Shown here: positions 15,026 through 25,900 of the stretch, piece after piece
Layout: every line of letters begins with the position of its first letter
How positions within the stretch are numbered: position 1 is the first letter of the stretch
Source of the DNA: an uncultured Acidobacteriota bacterium
Lineage (GTDB): Bacteria; Acidobacteriota; Thermoanaerobaculia; Multivoradales; UBA5704
Reading direction: 5' to 3'
DNA length: 64,000 bases
Assembly: GCA_963770895.1 (NCBI GenBank)
Contig: CAVYRF010000001.1
Span: 448,001-512,000 of the forward strand
Notes under the pieces: generated by a model
What the model saw: the letters and a program-made list of their open reading frames with translations, nothing else
Told to the model about the DNA's origin: nothing
Database searches by the model: none
Translations under genes and position numbers: made by a program

Positions 15026-18000
15026 ATGAGCGAGCACGCCAAGGGCATCGACGTGCTCTCGCCGGCGAAGCGGGCCCTCTTCGAGCGGCTGCTGGCGGAC
15101 CGGGCCCGCGCGCGCCGGGGGGCGGCCACGCCCGCCGGCGGGATCTCGCCGCGCCCGGCGGGTCTCGCCACCCTGCCGCTCTCCTTTGCCCAGCAGCGGC
15201 TCTGGTTCCTGGACCGCCTGGACGGCGGCAACCCCGCCTATCACGTGCCGATTCCGGTGCGACTGCGCGGGGCGCTCGACGTCGGCGCCCTGCACGCCTC
15301 CCTGCTGGCGGTGATCGGCCGCCACGAGGTTTTGCGCACCACGTTCGACGAGGCGGCGGGACAGCCCTTCCAGGTCATCCACGCGCGGGCGTCCCTGCCG
15401 TGGGCAGAAGCCGACCTGCGGGGGCTCGGCGAGGCCGGTGAGGAGGAGAGCCGGCTGGCGGTGTCGGTGGCAGCCCGCCGACCGTTCGACCTGCGGGCCG
15501 GTCCGCTGTTGCGCGGCCTCCTCCTGCGCCTGGACGAGCGCGAGCACGTGCTGCTGCTGACCATCCACCACGTCGTGTTCGACGGTTGGTCGATCAGCCT
15601 GCTGATCCGCGAGCTCGACGCGCTGTACCGCGCCGCCCTGGCGGGCGAGGCCGCGCACCTGCCGCCGCTCCCCATCCAGTATGCCGATTTCGCGCTCTGG
15701 CAGCGGCAATGGGAGGCGGCGGGAGGGCTGGACGCGCAGCTCGGCTACTGGCGGCGGCAGCTGGCCGGGGTCGACGAGCTCCTGCCGCTGCCCACCGACC
15801 GGCCGCGTCCGGCGGTCCAGACCCACGCCGGAGCGACGCGGAGCGGCCGGCTCGAGCCCGAGCTGGCGCACCGCCTGCGCCGGCTGGCCCGCGCGCAGGG
15901 GACGACGCTGTTCGTGGTGCTCCTGGCGGCGTTCCAGGGGTTGCTCCACCGGCTGACGGGGAGTCCGGCGATCGCGGTGGGGACGCCGATCGCCAACCGC
16001 AACCAGGTGGAGACGGATGGGGTCATCGGGTTCTTCGTCAACACGCTGGTGATGCGCGCCGAGGTGAGCGGCGATCTCCGCTTCCGCGAACTGGTGGCGC
16101 GGGTCCGCGAGGTGGCCCTGGGCGCCTACGCCCACCAGGACCTGCCTTTCGAGAAGCTGGTGGAGGCTCTGCAGCCGCGGCGCGACCTCAGCCGGCCGCC
16201 GCTCTTCCAGGTGCTGCTGGCGTTCCGCAACACGCCGAAGGCCGGCTTCGCGCTGCCGGGCCTGGACGTCGAGATGCTGCCCCTCGATGCGGGGGTGACG
16301 CAGTTCGACCTGACGCTATCGATGTCCGAGGACGGCGAGACGATCCCCATCGACCTGGTCTACAACCTCGACCTCTTCGATCCGCCGACCGCCAGCCGCC
16401 TGCTCGGCTACTTCCGCAACCTCCTGGCCGCTCTCGGCGGCAGCGGCGAGCGGCGTGTCGGCGAGCTCCCCCTGCTCACCGCGGCCGAGGCCCACCAGAG
16501 CCTGCGGGAATGGAACGACACCGGGACCGGCTACGGGGCTGGCGGCACACCGCTGCACGAGCTCGTCGCGGCGCAGGCGGCGCGCTCGCCCGACCGGACG
16601 GCGCTGGTCTTCGGCGGCGCCTGCCTGACCTATGGCGAGCTCGACGCCCGCGCCAACCGGCTCGCCCATCACCTGGTCCACCTCGGGGTCAAGACGGAGT
16701 CGCGGGTGGGCTTGGCGGTGGAGCGCTCGTTCGACATGGTGATCGGCATCCTGGGCATCCTCAAGGCGGGCGGGGCCTATGTGCCCTTCGACCCCCACGG
16801 CCCCGCCGAGCGCCTGGCCCGCATGGTGGACGACGCCCGGATTGAGGCGCTATTGACAGAGGACGGCGCGATCGGCCGGCTGCCGCGGACCGCGGTGCCC
16901 GTCGTCTGCCTCGATACCGGCTGGGCGGAGGTGGCGCAGTACCCGATATTTGCGCCGGCGATCGCGGTCGCGGCCGACCAGCTCGCCTACGTGATTTTCA
17001 CCTCCGGCTCCTCCGGGCGCCCGAAAGGGGCGATGAACACCCATCGCGGGGTCTGCAACCGGTTGCTCTGGATGCAGGCGACCTATGCCCTCACGGCGGC
17101 GGACCGGGTGCTCCAGAAGACCCCGGCCAGCTTCGACGTCTCGGTGTGGGAGCTCTTCTGGCCGTTGCTCACCGGCGCCTGCCTGGTGGTCGCCCGGCCG
17201 CAAGGGCACCAGGATCCGGCGTATCTCGCGCGGACCATGGCGGCGGCAGGGATCACCACCGTCCACTTCGTCCCGTCCATGCTCCAGGCCTTCCTCGCGG
17301 AGGATCTCCCGGCCGGTGCCTGTCTACGGCGGCTGATCTGCAGCGGCGAGTCGCTGTCGCCTGAGCTGGCGCGCCGCGCCTCGGCCCGGTTCGGCGAGAC
17401 CGTGGAGCTGCACAACCTGTACGGACCCACGGAAGCGGCCGTGGACGTCACCGCCTGGGCCTGCCCGGCGGCGGCCGACCTGCACAGCGTTCCCATCGGG
17501 CGCCCCATCGCCAACTTGCGGGTCCACGTCGTGGACGGCGGCCGGCGCCCGGTACCGATCGGCGTATGCGGAGAGCTGCTCATCGGCGGCGTCGGGCTCG
17601 CGCGCGGCTACCTGCGCCGGCCGGACCTCACGGCGGAGCGCTTCGTCCCGGACCCGTTCGGCGCCGCCGGCGAGCGTCTCTACCGCACCGGCGACCTGGC
17701 GCGCCTGCTCCCCTCCGGGGTGATCGAGATCCTGGGGCGGATCGACCAGCAGGTGAAGATCCGGGGCGTCCGCATCGAGCTGGGAGAGATCGAGGCCGCC
17801 CTGGAACGGGCTCCCGCCGTGCGGGCGGCGGCGGTCCTCGCCCGGCCGGACCGTACCGGAGAGTCCACCTTGATGGCCTGGGTCGCGGTGGACGGTCCGC
17901 CGCCGGGGGTCGCGGAGCTGCGGGACTTCCTGCGCCGCCAGCTGCCCGAGGTCATGGTGCCCGCGCTGTTCACCTTCGTCGAGGCCCTGCCGCTCAACGC

Positions 18001-21000
18001 CAACGGCAAGCTGGACCGCAAAGCGCTGGCGCGGACCGAGGCCGCGGCGGCCAGCGCGGAGGCGCCGTGCGAGGCGCCGCGCACGCCGACGGAAGAGATC
18101 CTGACCGAGCTCTGGCTGGAAGTGCTGGGCCGCGACCGGATCGGGGTCTGCGAGAGCTTCTTCGACCTGGGGGGGCACTCGCTGCGGGCGACCCAGGTGA
18201 TGTCGCGGGTGCGCGAGGTGCTTGGGGTGGACCTGCCGGTGCGCGCGCTGTTCGAGGCGCCGACTGTGGCCCTGCTGGCGGCGCGGATCGAACGGGCTCG
18301 GGGCTCCGTGCCGCCGGCGCCGCCGATCGTCGCGGTGCCGCGGCAGGGGGAGCTGCCGCTCTCCTTCGCCCAGCAGCGGCTCTGGTTCCTGGACAGGTTG
18401 GAACCGGAGAGCCCGGCGTACCACGTCCCGGCCGCGGCCAGGCTGGATGGGCCCCTCGCTCCGGGCGTGCTGACGAGCGCTCTCGGTCAGCTGGCGCGAC
18501 GCCACGAGGCGCTGCGCACCACGTTCCCGGAGAGCGACGGCGTGCCGTTCCAGCGGATCGCCGGCGACTTCCACCCCTTCCTGCCGGTGATCGACCTGGA
18601 GGGCCTGCCGGCCGCGGCGCGCGAGACCGAGGCGCTGCGCGTGGCGACCGCCGAGGCGCGGCGCCCTTTCGATCTGGCTGCCGGCCCCCTGGTCCGGAGC
18701 CGTCTGCTGAGGCTCGGCCGCCGGGAGCACATCCTGTCGGCCACCCTGCACCACATCGTCTCGGACGGCTGGTCCATCGAGCTCCTGCTGGGCGAGCTGG
18801 CGCGGCTCTACGGCGCGATCGCGCGGGGCGAGCCCGCGCTGCTGCCGGAGCTGCCGGTGCAGCCCGCGGACCACGCGGTGTGGCAGCGCGCCTGGCTCAC
18901 CGGCGACGTCCTTGCAGCCCAGCTCGCCTACTGGCGCGGCCAGCTCGCCGGGGCGCACTGGGAGCTCAACCTTCCCCGTGACCGGCCCCGCACCGCGGCG
19001 CGCCAGCCGCGAGGCGCCTCCCTCCCCCTGCATCTCCGGCACGGGCTCGCGGCAGCTCTGGCGGGGCTGAGCCGCCGCGAGGGGACGACCCTCTTCATGA
19101 CCCTGCTGGCCGCCTTGCAGGTCACGCTCGGACGCCTCGCGGGCCAGGACGACGTGCTGGTCGGGACCCCCATCGCGGGCCGCAATCGCCGCGAGCTCGA
19201 AGGGTTGATCGGTTTTTTCGTCAACACCCTGGTGCTGCGCGCCGACCTCCGCGGGGAGCCGCCCTTCCGTGCTTTCCTGGCGCGGATCCGGCAGGCGGCC
19301 CTGGACGCCTATGCGCACCAGGACCTGCCGTTCGAGCGCCTGGTGGAGGAGCTCGCGCAGGAGCGCGACGCCGGGCGCTCCCTGCTGTTGCAGGTGATGC
19401 TGGCGCTGCAGAATCCGCCGCGCGCGCGGAGCGGCGACACCTCGGGGCCGGCGATCACGCCGCTGGTCCTCAAGATGGGCGCCGCCAAGTTCGAGCTGTC
19501 GCTGACGATCGAGGAGAGGGCGGACGGGCTGGCGGGGTCGCTGGACTACGACGCCGGCCTCTACGACGCCGCGACCGCGCAGCGCCTGCTGGGGCATTTC
19601 GGCGTCCTGCTCGCCGGCTGCGTGCGCGATCCCGGGGTGCGCCTGTCGGAGCTGCCGCTCCTGGCCCCCGAGGAGCGCCACCAGCTGCTGGTGGAGTGGG
19701 GGGACACGGCCGCGGTGGACCCGCGGGAGGGGCTCTGTGTCCACCACCTCGTGCTGGCCCAGGCGCGGCGAACTCCCGCGGCGGAGGCGGTGATCTCCGG
19801 GCGCGACCGGCTCACCTACCGCGAGCTGGAGAGGCGGAGCGCGGCCCTGGCGGCGCGGCTGGCCGCGGCCGGCGTCCGCCCGGGCTCTTTCGTGCCCGTC
19901 CTCCTCGACGGTGGCGCGGAGCTGGTGGTCGCGTGGCTGGGCGTGCTGCGAGCGGGAGCGGCGTTCGTGCCGCTGGACCTGGCGTGGCCCGCGGCGCGGC
20001 GCGACGCCGTCCTGGAGGAGCTCGGTGGAGGAGCTCTGCTGGCAGAGGGCGCTCCGGCGGACCTCGACCTTGCGCGCTGGCGGGTCCTGGCGCCGGCGGG
20101 CACCCTTGCCGCGGCGGTGGCGGCGGATGCGCCGTCGCCGCCGGAGGCGCCGGTCTACGCCATCTACACCTCGGGCTCTACCGGCCGGCCCAAGGGGGTG
20201 GTGGTCCCTCACCGTGGGATCGTCAACCGCTTCCTGTGGATGGACCGCTACTTCGGTGCGGCCGCGGCGGCCCGCGTGCTGCAGACGACCCGTCCGGTTT
20301 ACGACAGCGCCGTCTGGCAGCTGCTCTGGCCCCTGACCCGAGGGGGCGCCACCGTGACGACCCGCGCCGCGGAGAGCTCCGACCCCGAGGCCCTCAGCGC
20401 CCTGATCGCCGGCCACGGCGTCACCATGACCGACTTCGTGCCCGCCGTGTTCCAGCTGCTGGTCCAGCAGCTCCAGGACAAGCCGGCAGAGGCCGCCCGC
20501 CTGGCCTCCCTGCGGGCGGTCGTGGTGGGTGGCGAAGAGATGGTTCCCGCCGCCGCGGAGTCGTTCCTGCGGATCCTCCCGGACGTCGCGCTGGTGAACC
20601 TCTATGGGCCGACCGAGGCGAGCATCGGCTGCATCTGCCACCGGGTGGCCGCCGGGGACGGGGTGCACGGCCGGGTGCCGATCGGCCGGCCGATCTCCAA
20701 CGCGCGGCCGCTGATCCTGGACCGGTGGGGGAACCCAGCCCCGGTCGGAGCGGCCGGCGAGCTCTGCCTCGCCGGCCGCTGCCTTGCCCAGGGCTACCTG
20801 CGCGATGGGGGGCAGACGGCCGGGGCCTTCGCGCCCAACCCCGTGCCCGAGATCGCCCACGACCGCCTGTACCGGACGGGAGACCTGGCCCGCTGGATGC
20901 CCGACGGCAGGATCGACCTGCTCGGGCGCGTCGACCGCCAGGTCAAGATCCGCGGCCTGCGGATCGAGCTGGGCGAGATCGAAAGCGCCTTGCGCGCCCA

Positions 21001-22984
21001 TCCGCGTGTGTCCGCCGCGGCCGCCCTGGCCTGGCAGCCCGGCACCGACCGCGGCGACCGTCTGCTGGCGGCCTGTTTCACCGTCCGGCCGGGAGAGCCG
21101 CCGCCGGCGGAGGCGGAGCTGCTCGACTTTTTGCGCCGGCGCCTGCCGCCGTCCATGCTGCCGTGGCTCCTGCTGCGCCTGCGGACCCTGCCGCTCACCC
21201 CGGCAGGGAAGGTCGACCGGCGGCAGCTGGCGCGGGAGGTCGCGCGCCACTGGCGTCCCGTCGCGCCAGGTTCCGGCACCGCGCCGCGCACCCCCGTCGA
21301 GAGCGTCCTGGCCGGGATCTGGGCCGACCTGCTCGGGCGCGAGCGGATCGAGCTGGAAGACGACTTCTTCACCCTGGGGGGCCATTCGCTGCTGGCGACG
21401 CGGGTCGCCTCGCGCGTGCGCCGGGCGTTCGGTGTCGAGCTGCCGATCCGCGCCCTTTTCGAGGCTCCCACCCTGGCCGGCCTGGCGCGGCGGATCGAGG
21501 AGGCGCTCCGCTGTGGGGAGGCGGACCAGGTGCCGCCCCTGCTGCCGGTGCCCCGCGACCGGGATCTGCCGCTGTCCTTCGCCCAGCAGCGGCTGCTCTT
21601 TCTGTACATGCTCGCGCCGCGGGACGCGTCCTACGGCGTGCCCTTCGGCCTGCGCCTGAGCGGGCCGCTGGAGCCGTCCCGCCTGCGCCGGGCTCTGCGC
21701 CGGCTGGTGGACCGGCATGAGGCTCTCCGTACCACCTTCGCCTTCGCCGACGGCGGGCCGGTGCAGCGCGTCGGCCCGGCGGGGGCGCAGGAGATGCCGC
21801 TGCTGGACCTCGCGGGGCTCCCCAGGGAGCTGGCCGAGCGGGAGGTGTGGCGCGTGGCGGCGGCGGAGGCCCTGCGTCCGTTCGACCTGCTCCGCGGCCC
21901 GATCCTGCGCGCGGCGCTGCTGCGCCTGCGGCCGGACGAGCACGTGCTGGTCGCCGCCGTCCACCACGTGGCGATGGACGGCTGGGCCGGGGGGGTGTTC
22001 CGCCGCGAGCTGGCGGCGCTCTACGAGCAGGCAACGGCGACCGAGCTGCCCGAGCTGCCGGTCCAGTACGCCGACTTCGCCGCCTGGCAGCGGGGCTGGC
22101 TGCAGGGCGATCTGCTCGACCGGCAGCTGGAATACTGGCGGCAGCGGCTCGCCGGCCTGGCGCCGTCGGAGCTCGCCGTCGACCACCCCCGGCCACCGGT
22201 CCGCAGCGGCAGGGGGGCCGCCCTCCCCATTCACGTCGAGGCAGGGGTGGTGGAGAACCTGAGGGGCCTGGGACGGCAGGAGGATGCGACCCTTTTCATG
22301 TCGCTCCTGGCCGCCTTCGCCGTCCTCGTGCGCCAGCGCTCCGCGCGCGACCGGGTGGTCCTCGGGACGGACATCGCGAACCGCACGCGGGCCGAGCTCG
22401 AAGGGCTCATCGGGCTCTTCGTGAACCAGCTGGTGCTGAGCTTCGACCTGTCGGGAAACCCCACCTTCCGCGAGCTCCTGCGCCAGGTGCGCCGGCACAC
22501 CTTGGAGGCCTACGCCCACCAGGATGCTCCCTTCGACAGGCTCGTCGAGCTGCTGAGGCCGGAGCGCGACATGAGCCGCACCCCCCTCTTCCAGCTCAAG
22601 CTCGTGCTCCAGAACGTCCCGGCCGAAGTCCAGTCGCCGCGGGCTCTCACGGTGACCGCCCTCGAGCTCCCCAGGCCGACGGCGAAGTTCGACCTGCTGC
22701 TCAACCTGTTGGAGACCGGAGATGGTCTCGCGGGACACGCGGAGTACAGCACCGACCTGTTCAAGGCGACAACGATCGGCCGCCTTCTCGACGACTTCGC
22801 GCGGGTCCTCCGCCAGGTGGCCGAGCGGCCGGACACCCACCTGCGGGAGATCGAAGCGGAGCTCATCTTCCTGGATGTTCGTGAAGAGGAACGGCGGGCT
22901 CAGGAGCGGCGGAGCCTCTCCCTGGCCCGCGCGCGCCGGCGGACCCTGGTGGCGGCCGGCGCGGTGGAGGACCAGGGGCAGTGA
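15026..22984 (+). CDS. NRPS C-A(Ser)-T-C-A(unknown)-T-C
   Basis: C motifs HHVVFDG, HHIVSDG, HHVAMDG. A1 code DVWHISLVDK (Ser-type); A2 code DSWDVGLIGK. Two GGHSL T domains. The protein ends in a C domain. Confidence 0.95.
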   Translation: MSEHAKGIDVLSPAKRALFERLLADRARARRGAATPAGGISPRPAGLATLPLSFAQQRLWFLDRLDGGNPAYHVPIPVRLRGALDVGALHASLLAVIGRHEVLRTTFDEAAGQPFQVIHARASLPWAEADLRGLGEAGEEESRLAVSVAARRPFDLRAGPLLRGLLLRLDEREHVLLLTIHHVVFDGWSISLLIRELDALYRAALAGEAAHLPPLPIQYADFALWQRQWEAAGGLDAQLGYWRRQLAGVDELLPLPTDRPRPAVQTHAGATRSGRLEPELAHRLRRLARAQGTTLFVVLLAAFQGLLHRLTGSPAIAVGTPIANRNQVETDGVIGFFVNTLVMRAEVSGDLRFRELVARVREVALGAYAHQDLPFEKLVEALQPRRDLSRPPLFQVLLAFRNTPKAGFALPGLDVEMLPLDAGVTQFDLTLSMSEDGETIPIDLVYNLDLFDPPTASRLLGYFRNLLAALGGSGERRVGELPLLTAAEAHQSLREWNDTGTGYGAGGTPLHELVAAQAARSPDRTALVFGGACLTYGELDARANRLAHHLVHLGVKTESRVGLAVERSFDMVIGILGILKAGGAYVPFDPHGPAERLARMVDDARIEALLTEDGAIGRLPRTAVPVVCLDTGWAEVAQYPIFAPAIAVAADQLAYVIFTSGSSGRPKGAMNTHRGVCNRLLWMQATYALTAADRVLQKTPASFDVSVWELFWPLLTGACLVVARPQGHQDPAYLARTMAAAGITTVHFVPSMLQAFLAEDLPAGACLRRLICSGESLSPELARRASARFGETVELHNLYGPTEAAVDVTAWACPAAADLHSVPIGRPIANLRVHVVDGGRRPVPIGVCGELLIGGVGLARGYLRRPDLTAERFVPDPFGAAGERLYRTGDLARLLPSGVIEILGRIDQQVKIRGVRIELGEIEAALERAPAVRAAAVLARPDRTGESTLMAWVAVDGPPPGVAELRDFLRRQLPEVMVPALFTFVEALPLNANGKLDRKALARTEAAAASAEAPCEAPRTPTEEILTELWLEVLGRDRIGVCESFFDLGGHSLRATQVMSRVREVLGVDLPVRALFEAPTVALLAARIERARGSVPPAPPIVAVPRQGELPLSFAQQRLWFLDRLEPESPAYHVPAAARLDGPLAPGVLTSALGQLARRHEALRTTFPESDGVPFQRIAGDFHPFLPVIDLEGLPAAARETEALRVATAEARRPFDLAAGPLVRSRLLRLGRREHILSATLHHIVSDGWSIELLLGELARLYGAIARGEPALLPELPVQPADHAVWQRAWLTGDVLAAQLAYWRGQLAGAHWELNLPRDRPRTAARQPRGASLPLHLRHGLAAALAGLSRREGTTLFMTLLAALQVTLGRLAGQDDVLVGTPIAGRNRRELEGLIGFFVNTLVLRADLRGEPPFRAFLARIRQAALDAYAHQDLPFERLVEELAQERDAGRSLLLQVMLALQNPPRARSGDTSGPAITPLVLKMGAAKFELSLTIEERADGLAGSLDYDAGLYDAATAQRLLGHFGVLLAGCVRDPGVRLSELPLLAPEERHQLLVEWGDTAAVDPREGLCVHHLVLAQARRTPAAEAVISGRDRLTYRELERRSAALAARLAAAGVRPGSFVPVLLDGGAELVVAWLGVLRAGAAFVPLDLAWPAARRDAVLEELGGGALLAEGAPADLDLARWRVLAPAGTLAAAVAADAPSPPEAPVYAIYTSGSTGRPKGVVVPHRGIVNRFLWMDRYFGAAAAARVLQTTRPVYDSAVWQLLWPLTRGGATVTTRAAESSDPEALSALIAGHGVTMTDFVPAVFQLLVQQLQDKPAEAARLASLRAVVVGGEEMVPAAAESFLRILPDVALVNLYGPTEASIGCICHRVAAGDGVHGRVPIGRPISNARPLILDRWGNPAPVGAAGELCLAGRCLAQGYLRDGGQTAGAFAPNPVPEIAHDRLYRTGDLARWMPDGRIDLLGRVDRQVKIRGLRIELGEIESALRAHPRVSAAAALAWQPGTDRGDRLLAACFTVRPGEPPPAEAELLDFLRRRLPPSMLPWLLLRLRTLPLTPAGKVDRRQLAREVARHWRPVAPGSGTAPRTPVESVLAGIWADLLGRERIELEDDFFTLGGHSLLATRVASRVRRAFGVELPIRALFEAPTLAGLARRIEEALRCGEADQVPPLLPVPRDRDLPLSFAQQRLLFLYMLAPRDASYGVPFGLRLSGPLEPSRLRRALRRLVDRHEALRTTFAFADGGPVQRVGPAGAQEMPLLDLAGLPRELAEREVWRVAAAEALRPFDLLRGPILRAALLRLRPDEHVLVAAVHHVAMDGWAGGVFRRELAALYEQATATELPELPVQYADFAAWQRGWLQGDLLDRQLEYWRQRLAGLAPSELAVDHPRPPVRSGRGAALPIHVEAGVVENLRGLGRQEDATLFMSLLAAFAVLVRQRSARDRVVLGTDIANRTRAELEGLIGLFVNQLVLSFDLSGNPTFRELLRQVRRHTLEAYAHQDAPFDRLVELLRPERDMSRTPLFQLKLVLQNVPAEVQSPRALTVTALELPRPTAKFDLLLNLLETGDGLAGHAEYSTDLFKATTIGRLLDDFARVLRQVAERPDTHLREIEAELIFLDVREEERRAQERRSLSLARARRRTLVAAGAVEDQGQ

Positions 22985-25900
22985 TGCAGCAGGCCGCCAG
23001 CGCGGGGTTCCGCCTCTCCCCCCAGCAGCAGCACGTCTGGTGGGCGCAGCTGGGGGAGCACTCCGCCGCGTTCGTCGTTCAGGCCCGTATCGACGTCACG
23101 GGCCCGCTCGACCGCGCGCGTCTCGCGGCGGCCCTGGCGGCGGTCGTGGAACGGCACGAGATCCTGCGCACCGCGTTCCCCCGACTGCCCGGCCTGGGCA
23201 TACCGGTGCAGGCTATCGCGGGCGCCGGCGCGATCGATTGGCGCGAGAGCAGCCTGACCGGCCTCCCGGCTGCTCTCCGCCAGGCGGCTCTCGACCGGCT
23301 CTGCGACGACGTCCGGGAGCTCCCCTTCGACCTTGCGCAGGGGCCGCTGGTGCGCGCCATCCTGATCGTCCTGGGCGGCGAGCGCCATGCCCTGCTGGTG
23401 ACCCAGCCTCCGCTCGCCGCCGATGGGCCGTCTTTGGACCTCCTGGCCGCGGACACCGCCGCCGCCTACCACGGCCGCCTCGCCGGCGAGGCCCTGCAGT
23501 ACGCCGACCTGGCCGAGATCCTCCACGAGTGGCAGGGCTCTCCTGCCGAGGAGGCCGGGCCTGCCTTCTGGCGTGATCAGGACCTCTCCGCCCTGGTGCG
23601 CGTGCCCGCGGGTCCGGCCGGCCTCCCCGACGGTCAGCCCTTCCGGCCGCGGCGGGTCCGCCGGCATCTCGGGCGTGCCGCCATCGAGGAGGCCGCCGCG
23701 CGGCTCGGGACCCCGCTCTGGCAGCTCCTGCTCGCCGGCTGGATGGGGGCGATCCACGCCTCGACGGGAGAGGAAGAGCTGGTGGTCGGCGTGCTGTTCG
23801 ATGGCCGGACCTGCGAGGAGTTCCGCGGCGCTCTCGGTCCGTTCGCGCGCTACGTCCCGGTCCGCGGGCGCGCCGCCGCGGACTCGACCCTCGCGGAGCT
23901 GTGCGGAGCGCTCGCCGACACCCTGGCCAACGCGGCACGGAGGCAGGACTTCTTTTCGTCCGAGCCGGTCGAAAGGCTGCTTGCCCAGCATGGCGCCACG
24001 GGATGGCCGTTCGGGTTCGACTACCGGCAGCGCGGCGAGCCCGCGGCCGTCCCCGGCTCCCCCCGGTTCGCCATCGGCGACGGTTACCTGGGTCTCGACC
24101 GCTTCGGCGTGCGCCTGTCCGTGCTCGACGATGGCCGATCGCTGCGCGCCGAGTTGACCTACGATCCGGCCCTGGTCCGGCCCGGCGAGGCCGGGCGCTC
24201 GCTTGAGCGGCTGGCGCGCGTGCTGGACGGCCTGCTTGCCGGCTCGCCGCTCGGTGAGATCGAGGTGCTGACGGATGACGAGCGGCGGGAGCTGCTGGCG
24301 CTCGACCGGACGGAGACGGCAGTGCCCGCCGGCCTGCTCGCCCACCAGCTGTTCGAGGAGCAGGCACGGCGCGCGCCGGACGCCCTGGCGGTGGTCCACG
24401 CGGGGTGTGCCTGGACCTACGGCGAGCTCGACGCCCGCGCCAACCGGCTGGCCCGCTGGATGTGCGCCGCGGGCCTGGGTCCGGGATCGTTCGTCGGCCT
24501 GTGTCTGCAGCGCTCGCCCGAGCTGGTGGCGGCCGTGCTCGGCACTCTCAAGGCGGGCGCCGCCTACGTGCCGCTCGACCCGGGCGCGCCGGCCGAGCGC
24601 CTGGCCTGGATGGCAGAGGATGCGGGGCTCTCGCTCCTGCTGACCCGGGAGTCGCTCCTGCCCCTGCTCTCCGGCGAGGACGGCGAGGCCCCTCCCCCTG
24701 TCGCCGATCCGGCCGACCTCGCCTACGTGATCTACACCTCCGGCTCGACGGGGCGGCCGAAGGGGGTGATGATCGCCCACCGCGGCCTGGTCAACTACCT
24801 GCTCTGGGCGCGGCAGACCTACGGCGCCGGCGAGGGGGCGGGGGCCCCCGTTCATTCGGCGATCGGCTTCGATCTCACCGTGACCAGCCTGCTGGTGCCG
24901 CTCGCCGCGGGCACCGCGGTCACCCTTGTCGACGAGGGCCGCGCGGTCGAGGCGCTGGCCGGCGCCCTGCGTGGGACCGGCGGTTTCAGTCTGGTCAAGC
25001 TCACCCCGGCCCACCTGGACGTGCTCAACGCCGTGCTCGCGGAGGGGGAGCTCGCTGGACGGGCGCGGGTCCTGGTGATCGGCGGCGAGGCGCTGCGGGG
25101 CGAGAGCGTGGCGCCGTGGCGGGAGCACGCCGCGGACACCCGCCTGATCAACGAGTACGGTCCCACCGAGGCGACCGTCGGCTGTTGCGTCCACCAGGTC
25201 GTGCCGGACGATCCCCAGGCCGGCGCCGTGGCCATCGGCCACGCGATCGCAAACACCCGCCTGCACGTGGTCGGCCGCGGCATGCGGCGGGTGCCGCTCG
25301 GGGCGCCCGGCGAGCTGTGGATCGGCGGCGACGGCCTCGCGCGCGGGTACCTGGGGCGCCCCGAGCTGACCGCCGAGCGCTTCGTCCCCGATCCGTTCGC
25401 CGAGGAAGCCGGCAGAGCGGGGGAGCGCCTCTACCGGACGGGCGACCTGGTCCGGCGTGGACGGGACAGCGGGCTGGAGTTCCTCGGCCGCGTCGACGGC
25501 CAGCTCAAGATCCGTGGCTTCCGGATCGAGCCTGGGGAAATCGAGGCGGTGCTGGCTGCCCATCCGAAGGTCCGCGAGTGCGTGGTCCTGGCGCGCGAGA
25601 CCCAGCACGGCAAGCAGCTCGTGGCCTGCGTGGTGCCGCGCAGTCCAGCCGGCCGGCCGGCGGCCGCCGAGCTCCGCCGCCAGCTGGAGGAGCGGCTGCC
25701 GGACTACATGGTGCCTTCGTTTTTCGCCGTGCTGGAGAGCCTCCCGCTGACCCCCAACGGCAAGGTCGACCGCCGGGCGCTGCTGGCGTCCGGCCTGCCG
25801 GAGCACGAGGAGACGCCCTACGCGCCGCCCCGCACGCTGGTCGAAGAGGTGCTGGCGGAGATCTGGATGGAGCTGCTCGGCATGAGCCGGGTGGGGATCG

